Assembly (NCBI GenBank): GCA_963693365.1
Contig: CAVNZM010000003.1
Location: forward strand, 1,514,768-1,578,767
Length of the DNA stretch: 64,000 nucleotides
Source of the DNA: Amoebidium appalachense
Taxonomy: Eukaryota; Protista; Ichthyosporea
Direction: 5' to 3'
This document shows positions 21,864 to 61,041 of the stretch, one piece after another; the first letter of the stretch is position 1, and each line of letters opens with the position of its first letter. Both the position numbers and the translations under genes were made by a program. The notes under the pieces were generated by a model that had not been told where the DNA came from, ran no database searches, and saw only the letters and a program-made list of their open reading frames with translations.

Positions 21864-23301
21864 GTGATGTGCACTTTGAAAAAGAAGTTTGGAATGCGGG
21901 GCGGGGGGAGGGGGGCCCAGAGGGGGGGTGGGTAGTCTAGTTCTCTCTCTCTCCAAGTGGTATTCCAAATATTTGTTTTGCACTATGTTTTTCTTCTTGT
22001 TGCCACGGAAGGTGCAAACCTGTTATGATAGAATAGTTTATCTGTTTATTCCTGCTCTTCCCAGTCACGTACTTAGCCTGTTCCCGCCTATCCCGCCCCC
22101 GCGTACTTGGGGACTGCCTGGGGCCGCATACGCCAGGAACCATAAATGTCTTCCTATTGGCTAGTACATAATCCCGATCTATCCTGATCCTGATCCTGAT
22201 AAATGTCCTTAAAATCTTCGTGCCATCTGCAATGTGGTAGCTGCGCCAGGGGCAAAGCTCGTCGGGAGTGAGGTGCACATTCTTCACGCGGGCAAGTGCC
22301 TCTTCAAACGTCAGCTCCGGGTGGACGGAGATGTCCTTATATCCCTTGGATAGTCGGGCCTATAGACCCCCCTCTCTGATAGACCGCCCTGGCATGCCCC
22401 TAGCCTGCCGCACGCATCATGCCAGCTCAGTCTCTCGCTGGCGCTCTCTCGTTCAGGTCTGATCCTTTCTTGCTGCCACGTGTCGTAGCTCTCCCACGCG
22501 TCCGACAATACAGGCTCGCCCACGTTATCACGAGGTCAGTGTCTCTTTGCCTGTCTTGTCTCCTTTCCGTGCCTGGAGCACGTTGATACATGGTAGCAGA
22601 GAAGGTTCTTTCCTTAGCGGCCTGAGAGCCCCTACCGTCACGTTTTCCACTTGCCTCCCCTCTGCCAAAAAACTCTTTATTTTTTTATTATTTTTTTTCT
22701 TCCTTGGCAACCTACCTGCAGACCTTTAAGTTACTTCTTTGTGTGTTTGTTTATGTCTCACCGCTGTTCTTTCCTGCTTTGCCTTGCTGAAGAAGCCTTG
22801 ACTGTTCTTTCGTTTTTGGCTGTTTTTACGTTTTTTCGTTTTTTTCACCCCATCCGAAGCATCTTCCTTTTCCATTGGCTAGTTCCCGAAGCCACCTGCC
22901 AACGCCCTTTACTTTCGTTTGCGGTATATGAGTTTCCTGGGCCCCTGTTGCTACTTTCCTGCTTGACTTTGTACAAACATCCTTGCCTTTACGTTTTTGG
23001 CCTGTAACAGTTTTACGTTTTCCACTTTTGCCTTCACATTCTTAGCATCTTGCCTTCCCATTGGCTGCCCTGTTGCCCTAACTTCACACTAGCTTTACCT
23101 GTATACCGTCTGTATGCTGTTTTCACGAAAAAAAAAATAAAATATTTTTTTAAAAAAAATATATATTTTTTTTTTTTTGGTTTATGCATTCGAGCTGCTA
23201 GCAATCGAACCAACTCACTGCCCCACGACTCACTGCCTCACTAAGTACCAAAAATCACTTTGACCTACACTGCAATACCACACCCACAGACCAACACTAC
23301 C

Positions 23302-24495
23302 ATGGCTAACCCCAACGCTTTGAACAATGCCATTATGGCCCTGCCTGCTGAGCTCCATGCCGCCCCGCAGCAGCAGGTACATGAACCTGACAACCCTGGC
23401 ACGCCTATATATGTTGCTTCCCCTGATAATAGCGATGATGATGAAGTCTGGGACCCTGCCTATGGCCAGGTAGACACTGCTTTGTCACTTTGCACCCCCA
23501 TATTACCGTCCGCCGAAACAAACTTTGAACTGCCCAAAAATGTTGCTGCTGCCCCATTCACCAAAGACAATGAGCCTCATGCCCCACTTGTGTTTGGCAC
23601 ACAGAATACTGAACTTGTCGCGGTGACAGCATGCCCCAATGACTCAAACAATGACGAAGATTGGATAGATGCACGTTTCTATTTCAATGCTTATGACATG
23701 CTGCCTCCCATGCAAGTGCGCGAAAACCTTTGCCAACCCACACCGTATCTATGCAGGAACCTGCCCCTGTTGCCATGGATCCACAGCCCCAATTGTTTGC
23801 CGCTGGCAATGCCACCCCCGTGCCCCACGTTGGTGGTGCTGCCCCAGTGCCCCACGTTGGTGGTGCTGCCCCCGTGCCCCACGTTGGTGGTGCCCCCGTG
23901 CCCCCGGGCCTTGGTGTCCCCGTGCCCCCTGTTGCTGGTGCTGCCTCCGTGCTCCCCGTTGCTGGTGGTGCCCCTGTTGGTCACGGTGCTGCTGCTCAGG
24001 CTGTCCCTGGTGGTGTCCCGGCCGCTGCCCCTGCTCAGGGTGCGGGCCAGCCTGCCGCCCACATGGCCGCTGTGGTCCCTGCCGAGTGACACCGAGCATC
24101 AACAGCACGCTGCTGCTGCCGCTGGTCACGCCGTCGCACAACCGGTGATGCAACCCATTGCCTTCCTCCAGCAGGGTGCCAGTGATGCTAACCTGGCTGC
24201 CGCTCTCGCCATTGCCCACCGTGACCAACAGCTGCGTAACCCGCGCGCCGAGATTCTCAAGACTTGCAAGGCGTCCCTCATGAATGTCACCACGTCTGAC
24301 AAGGACGCGTTTGAGAATTTTGAGACGCACCTCAACTACACGCTCACCACTGTTGATGGCGCCAACACCCTCACCGACGGGGAAAAGAAGATGCTGTTGC
24401 TTGCCTTGTACATGTTGTGCTGCAGGGCAAGCAACAGCATCTTCTTTTCCCCGTCGGTGAGGGTGTTGGCGCCATCAACAGTGGTGAGCGTGTAG
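23302..24495 (+). pseudogene. Truncated, frameshifted gag-like ORF, left arm of the palindrome
   Basis: MANPNALNNAI..., then Ala/Pro-rich APVPHVGG repeats (frame-shifted in this arm), then a helical segment DAFENFETHLNYTLTTVDGANTLTDGEKKMLLLAL reminiscent of retrotransposon Gag capsid N-terminal domains; cut at the symmetry centre. The family call is inference. Confidence 0.5.
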
Positions 24496-25508
24496 TTGAG
24501 GTGCGTCTCAAAATTCTCAAACGCGTCCTTGTCAGACGTGGTGACATTCATGAGGGACGCCTTGCAAGTCGTGAGAATCTCGGCGCGCGGGTTACGCAGC
24601 TGTTGGTCACGGTGGGCAATGGCGAGAGTGGCAGCCAGGTTAGCATCACCCTGCTGGAGGAAGGCAATGGGTTGCATCACCGGTTGTGCGACGGCGTGAC
24701 CAGCGGCAGCAGCAGCGTGCTGTTGATGTTGATGCTCGGCAGGGACCACAGCGGCCATGTAGGCGGCAGGCTGGCCCGCACCCTGAGCAGGGGCAGCGGC
24801 CAAGACACCACCAGGGACAGCAGCAGCACCAACAGGGGCACCACCAGCAACGGGGAGCACGGGGGCAGCACCAGCAACAGGGGGCACGGGGACATCAAGG
24901 CCCGGGGGCACGGGGGCACCACCAACGTGGGGCACGGGGGCGGCACCACTAACGTGGGGCACGGGGGCAGCACCACCAACGTGGGGCACGGGGGCGGCAT
25001 TGCCAGCGGCAAACAATTGGGGCTGTGGATCCATGGCAACAGGGGCAGGTTCCTGCATAGGTGGGTGTGGGTTGGCAAAGGTTTTCGCGCGCACTTGCAT
25101 GGGAGGCAGCATGTCATAAGCATTGAAATAGAAACGTGCATCTATCCAATCTTCGTCATTGTTTGAGTCATTGGGGCATGCTGTCACCGCGACAAGTTCA
25201 GTTACATTCTGTGTGCCAAACACAAGTGGGTCATTGAGGCTCATTGTCTTTGGTGAATGGGGCAGCAGCAACATTTTTGGGCAGTTTGTTTCGGCGGACG
25301 GTAATATGGGGGTGCAAAGCACTGGCAGTGTCTACCTGGCCATAGGCAGGGTCCCAGACTTCTTCATCATCGCTATTATCAGGGGCTGAGCAACATATAT
25401 AGGCGTGCCAGGGTTGTCAGGTTCCTGTACCTGCTGCTGCGGCCCGGCGGCATGGAGCTCAGCAGGCAGGGCCTTAATGGCATTGTTCAAAGCGTTGGGG
25501 TTAGCCAT
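24336..25508 (-). pseudogene. Mirror copy of the gag-like ORF, right arm
   Basis: ATG at 25508. ORF pieces 25332-25550 and 24336-25322 reproduce the left-arm protein with different small indels. Confidence 0.5.
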
Positions 25509-25785
25509 GGTAGTGTTGGTCTGTGGGTGTGGTATTGCAGTGTAAGTCAAAGTGATTTTTGGTACGTAGTGAGGCAGTGAGTCGTGGGGCAGTGAGTCGG
25601 TTCGATTGCTAGCACCTCGAATGCATAAACCAATTTTTATTTATTTTTTTTTTTAAAAAAATTTTTTTTTCTTTTTTTTTTTTCAAAGTCTATCGGGTTA
25701 AGGCAACGGCAGCGTGCACGTGGAGGGGCATCGGTGGCCAAAAGGGAATGACAGCAAAACCGGGCAAGTGCAAAACGAAGGCTAT

Positions 25786-26099
25786 GTGTGACACAGCGGT
25801 CAAAGGCTAGAGTGTGTCAAAGGTGGTCGAAGTGCAGGTGTGGCAGCAGTGGCCAGAGGTGTGCAAGCGTGAAAGCAGGGTGTGGCAACAGTGGCCAGTA
25901 GTGTGAGCGCAAGCGTGTGGCAACGGTGGCCTAGCGTGAGCAAAAGCGTGTGGCAACGGCGGCCAAGAGCAGCAAAGGCAAAGTGTACGTGTGGCAGCAG
26001 CGGCCAAGCATCAGCAACGGGCAACACAGCAGTGTGTGCTAATGGCGACAGCGGCCATATGTCAGCAAGCAAGTGTGTAAAGGGTGGCGACAGCGGCCA
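25786..26099 (-). repeat. Degenerate array of about 9 TGGCCRCYGYTGCCACAC units with variable linkers
   Basis: + strand units such as GTGTGGCAGCAGTGGCCA at 25838, 25880, 25915, 25948, 25989, 26041 and 26083, with more diverged units at 25786 and 25812. Confidence 0.8.
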
Positions 26100-26364
26100 A
26101 GTGCAAGTATGGGTGGTATCAAGGTGCGAGCAGAATATTTTTTGGCAAAAAAAAAAAAAAAACGTACGGTCGGACTAATTTTAGCATCGGCGGCGGAAAA
26201 CTAAAGCAACTTGCCGCTTGCAAGCATAATATTTATTGTGGCTGTGCTGTGTGTATGACCTTCAGCGAGGCAATGCTTTGTTGTGTAGGCAAAAAGTAGA
26301 CAGCAGTTGGTATAGCAGGTGTATCATGGTCTGTTTGACAGCAGAATTTCGTGTGCATTGGGGT

Positions 26365-26397
<33 letters not shown>

Positions 26398-27687
26398 AAA
26401 AACAGCATAAAGCGGTATACAGGTAAAGCTAGTGTGAAGTTAGGGCAACAGGGCAGCCAATGGGAAGGCAAGATGCTAAGAATGTGAAGGCAAAAGTGGA
26501 AAACGTAAAACTGTTACAGGCCAAAAACGTAAAGGCAAGGATGTTTGTACAAAGTCAAGCAGGAAAGTAGCAACAGGGGCCCAGGAAACTCATATACCGC
26601 AAACGAAAGTAAAGGGCGTTGGCAGGTGGCTTCGGGAACTAGCCAATGGAAAAGGAAGATGCTTCGGATGGGGTGAAAAAAACGAAAAAACGTAAAAACA
26701 GCCAAAAACGAAAGAACAGTCAAGGCTTCTTCAGCAAGGCAAAGCAGGAAAGAACAGCGGTGAGACATAAACAAACACACAAAGAAGTAACTTAAAGGTC
26801 TGCAGGTAGGTTGCCAAGGAAGAAAAAAAATAATAAAAAAATAAAGAGTTTTTTGGCAGAGGGGAGGCAAGTGGAAAACGTGACGGTAGGGGCTCTCAGG
26901 CCGCTAAGGAAAGAACCTTCTCTGCTACCATGTATCAACGTGCTCCAGGCACGGAAAGGAGACAAGACAGGCAAAGAGACACTGACCTCGTGATAACGTG
27001 GGCGAGCCTGTATTGTCGGACGCGTGGGAGAGCTACGACACGTGGCAGCAAGAAAGGATCAGACCTGAACGAGAGAGCGCCAGCGAGAGACTGAGCTGGC
27101 ATGATGCGTGCGGCAGGCTAGGGGCATGCCAGGGGGGTCTATCAGAGAGGGGGGTAGTATAGGCCCGACTATCCAAGGGATATCTCGCTCATACAGTGAG
27201 AGACAATCTGTAATCCTATTGGATGATGTATTCGCAGACTGGCATCCGCGCAGGTATATAAAGCAGCCGGGCCATCCTCAGATCGATGGTACCGGGGGAT
27301 CAGAGATCTCAAACCACTTCCTGGAACCTCTCTACTCTCGATCCGCTATGTAGAAGTGATTCTCTTACAGAGGTCACAGGACCGAATCCTGCCTCTGCTC
27401 CACATTTATTCTGATAAAGCCTGCAATCAAAGGCACCTGTAATGTGGTGGCAACGCTTGATGTGGATTTTGCAGGATTTGTTTTCTTTGAGGACCATGGC
27501 CAAAAACCTCAAATTTCCCCGGCTGGGCCGGGGAGGGTGAATTAAAAAATTGCCCGCTCCTGATATGGTACCCGGGCCCAAAATGTGTATTATGGCAGCA
27601 AAAAAGCATACACGGCTAAATTTTAGCTATTATATAAACTAACTCTGAGAAATCCACAGGCAGCGGTTCACTGCCGAATGCGAGTCA

Positions 27688-29165
27688 GTGCGGCAGCTGA
27701 ACGTGCAGGTCAGCGACCGCATAGTTCTGGACGTGGGGGGCCGTCACTTTGCCACCACCCAGCAGACGCTGTGTGCCGTACGCGTGCAAGACTCCATGCT
27801 GGCCGCTTGGTTCAGCGGCTGCCACGCCATCCAGACACGTGAGGACGGTACCGTGTTTATCGATCGGTCCCCGGTGCTGTTCGAGTACGTTCTCGATTAC
27901 CTTCGTAACCGGGGGCAGGGCCCGTTCCTCCCGTCGGACAGTGTTAATGGTGGAACGTATTCGGGCGGAGTTTGACTATTTCGCGCTGTCGTGGCCGGAG
28001 GAAGAAACGGAAGATGTGAATGACATTATGCGCCGCGATTTGGAGCGTGTGACTCTACATGTTTCCTCAGTATACGTCTCAGATGGGGATGTTAGCCTAC
28101 TAGCAGAGCCAGGTAGGGTACTGTCCTAACCTGGAGAGGCTGGAGAGGGGGACATTGTTCTGTGGGACACGTGTACGGGCGGAAAGGTTGCGGTATGGGA
28201 ACCCACCGATGAGTCCTTCGGTCAGTTGGGGCATTGGTGTATCTCAGGCGAATATGTTGCTGGAGCATTTTTGAAAAGCGGCAGGTTGGGCTTTGTGTTG
28301 TATCATTCCCAGGACGGGTCACGGATGGGTTCGTTCAATGTCGAGAATGGGCCGGATGTGAAGAACAAAATAGTATGCACTCTTTCCTTGTTGTGGACGG
28401 GAGGTATGTGGTTACGTTGTGGGCAGTCACGACGGATATGGCCCCCTTTGGCCAGGCCACGCACATGTGCACACACGATTTACGGACCAATTCCCAGGTG
28501 TGGTCCAAGAATCTACAAGACGACGAGGAGACACTGGAGTGTTATTCGTCCTTCACAAATTTGTCTCCCACCAGGATTCCTAATTTGTGTATCCTATGTT
28601 ATGACATGTGGGTGTGGCTTGTAAAAGTAGATTCGGCGGAGTTTCTCGCGTATGACCGGCCTTTTGAGTACGACGATGCTCCAACGTTCGATTTTTCTTT
28701 TCCTGTCGAAGTTGGTGGGGAGATCCGAGTGGCCGCGACGACAGACCGTCAAATGAGTGGCCTTAGCGATGAGGATGAAATTGAAACCTGGATCTCTGTG
28801 TGGGATATCAACGGGAAAACGGTATTGAGCCATGAACGCGTAGATGCGCTGACGTTCAAACACGAGGGGGAATATTATCATAGAAAATTTGTGGCCTAAA
28901 ATGGTTGTCCGGAGACATGGCGACGGGCGTATTGTTGGATCGCTTCATGCTTCATCGACTAGTACGGATGTCCACGGCTGCACGCACGGTGGAGGTTGCT
29001 GAGAGCGTGACTTTGAGGCTAACTGATATGGACTGGTGGGTATATGACCGTGTATGTTATGGCCACGTGTGGTACCGGTGTGGTCTTGAGATTGGACAAA
29101 CGTTAACACAAATGGGTGAAGTTACTATTAGGTTGGTGTCAATAAGAGGTGAGACGCTAGGGTAA
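27688..29165 (+). pseudogene. KCTD/potassium-channel tetramerisation-type BTB protein, intronless and frameshifted
   Basis: RIVLDVGGRHFATTQQTL...DSMLAAWFSG...DGTVFIDRSPVLFEYVLDYLR is the T1/BTB_2 signature. It continues in another frame (ERIRAEFDYFAL) after about 27945, with further frame breaks near 28110 and 28900. No in-frame ATG upstream. Confidence 0.75.
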
Positions 29166-29503
29166 TGTACTATATGTGTTTTGGGAATGGAGGGGATTTC
29201 GAAGGAGGGTCCGAGGAGGAGGAGGAGGGGGGGGGGGGGGGGGTTGTGTTCAGTTGATCAGTGTTTTGTATTTTGATCCAGTTTGCCATTATAAACCGGA
29301 ACCGTTGAATGATTTGAAATATAGTAGGATGTACTACGTGTACCTGTACTGAGACATGAGTTACTTTGCTGGGGAACTTTCGAATGTTTTGAACGAACTG
29401 ATTAAGTTAAATAGTTAAGCTGATTGAGTGAGGTGAGACGTCGACACAATTGCAACTGTTAAATGCGCTTGTTTTGGACTTGGAGAGAATTCCCCGGCAG
29501 GAA

Positions 29504-29544
<41 letters not shown>

Positions 29545-30252
29545 CTGCTCAGGCTTTCCGTTCTTCTCGAAAAATCTTGTATTTGTGTAAGAAAAAAAGT
29601 ATCAGACACGAGCTTCTTGCTTGCGGACTTGCAGCTTTCCGTGTTTTTGAATATTTTCATGATATCTAAAGATCCAGGCTTTCAATTCTTGTAACTCTCC
29701 TGCGAATGTTGCGTGCGATTATCAAGCATATGTACATGAACTTCAGGCGTCCGAACTTCGTTCCGTGTGTGTTCAGTAATTCTAGATGAATTATTCTGAG
29801 CAAATAATCAAATTTGAGGATATTGAAATGTACCGAGGGTGATTGGTTTCAACCCCCCTTCCCCCCCTCCCTTTCTTCTTCAACACACACGCACACACAC
29901 GCGCACACACACACACACACACACACGCCCACCCACACACACACCGTCTATCTCACTCCAAGCCCCCCACCCCCCCCCCCCTCCCCCCTCCCCCCCTCAA
30001 CTCCACTCAACCTCCCCTCCCCCATCCCATATCCCCACCCCCCCGTCATGGGCCCGTCCTCCAGCTCACACACAAGCAAGTGGTTTCTATTTTGCTCCCT
30101 CTTAAACAATCTAAAGAAGAGGGATGCTTTGACAGCCGGCAGGAGCAACGATGCACCCTATTCCCTTATTCCCTGAGAGCTGCACAGAAAGGAAGACATG
30201 TGTGTGTGCGTGTGTGGTGGTGGTGGTGATGGTGATGGTGGTTGGGGGGGAG

Positions 30253-30297
<45 letters not shown>

Positions 30298-30721
30298 GGG
30301 GGGGGAGGGGGGGGGGGGGGGGGAGGGGGGCTCTACATGCATTACAGGATGCACACTTTACTTGAATACACATAACGGGTTTCTTGCATCTTCCCGAGGG
30401 TATATATACACATCTGTGCTTGTGGCCAAAAAAGTACACAAACCATCCTGATTGAAAATCTGGCTTCTGCTATGTATTACGGCACCGTTAGGTGCTCCTG
30501 TCGACGCCAACGCCCTATTTAAACTTATCATTAATTTTTAATTTTTAAACCTATTACGATGTCAGGGAATATATAGTGGAAAAGTGATTTTCGAGTTTCA
30601 AATCACGAGATAAACTACATGGACTATACTATGAGCAGGGAATGAGAAGAAATCTATATGACACCTTGCACCAGCTTCCAGATAGATTTTCTAGAAAAGC
30701 ATGTTCTAAAATGTTCTGTTT

Positions 30722-60142
<29,421 letters not shown>

Positions 60143-60307
60143 TCTTGCGCTTGCTGATGTTCTGTACAGTGCATAATAAGAAAAACGGAAAGAGGTACTT
60201 TACATAAACATCCTTGTTTTTCTCCGGTATATTTACAACTTCTACACTGCCACATCTTTTTGCGGCCTTTGACTCGGGTCCCGATAAACAAGGCCAGGGC
60301 TCCAAAT

Positions 60308-60494
60308 CAGGGCCAGAAATTACAATGCCACCTAAACCTAAAAAAGCCACTTGACGTAGAGCGCCAGGTCCACTGAACTCAGGGCCAGTTGATCTAAACA
60401 CTATAAAATATATAAAACCCAGTGGAATGGAAGTGGAATACAGGCAAAGTTGCCAAAATACATATGCGCTCCTGAAAACATATTTCAAGCCCTG
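60308..60494. mobile_element. hAT-type MITE (187 bp) with 8-bp target-site duplication
   Basis: TIRs CAGGGCCAGAAAT / ATTTCAAGCCCTG flanked by perfect direct repeats CTCCAAAT at 60300-60307 and 60495-60502. An 8-bp TSD with CAG-starting TIRs is typical of hAT elements. Confidence 0.8.
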
Positions 60495-60909
60495 CTCCAA
60501 ATCACAACATTTTCACTTGCGACATCTTGCTTACTTGATATTGTGTTGGATAATTCTGTTCTTAAAATCATCGAATACGATTACAAATTTTGTAGATTGT
60601 TTTACACAATCAGTAAAGCTGATTTAAAGTGATATGCAGAAGGAAAATACCGTGATGGCTGATTGGCTGTCAGAACAAACACTTGAAGTTGTTCCCGCAC
60701 CATATATAGCTGTGGGGGTTTACGCTGTTTACTCGAGGCAAAGAGAACCAGTCTCAGGTATGGGGGGGGGGGTTTTGCTCGGAATATCCCCTCAGCGGTA
60801 TATCATGATCACGTACATAGATGTCGGGTGGTGACTATATATCAGGGTTTACTTTCTCTACGAGACACCATAAAGACTACAAGGAGAAATCAATTAGTTG
60901 GGGTTCCCC

Positions 60910-60910
<1 letters not shown>

Positions 60911-60957
<47 letters not shown>

Positions 60958-60990
60958 GGGCTCCCCCTCGGGACACTCGGTATCAGCTGG

Positions 60991-61041
<51 letters not shown>

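Larger units (their letters stand above)
22339..27183. repeat. 4.8-kb fold-back inverted repeat (giant palindrome)
   Basis: Mirror ORFs with identical translations (22528-22710/26811-26993, 22651-23007/26514-26870). Outer arms are about 22339-23125 and 26396-27183; inner arms are about 23180-24405 and 24426-25632. A 20-nt spacer occupies 24406-24425, and 25684-26365 is present only in the right arm. Confidence 0.95.

Noticed and set aside
22021-22529. Possible LTR (TGTTATGA...GTTATCA) with a primer-binding site
   Set aside because: No second copy, TSD or convincing tRNA-complementary PBS; the region also has coding-like content on the other strand.
25786-26099. CRISPR-like repeat/spacer appearance (also 39688-39968)
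   Set aside because: Repeats are short and degenerate, linkers are uneven and partly similar to each other, there are no cas genes, and the context is eukaryotic.
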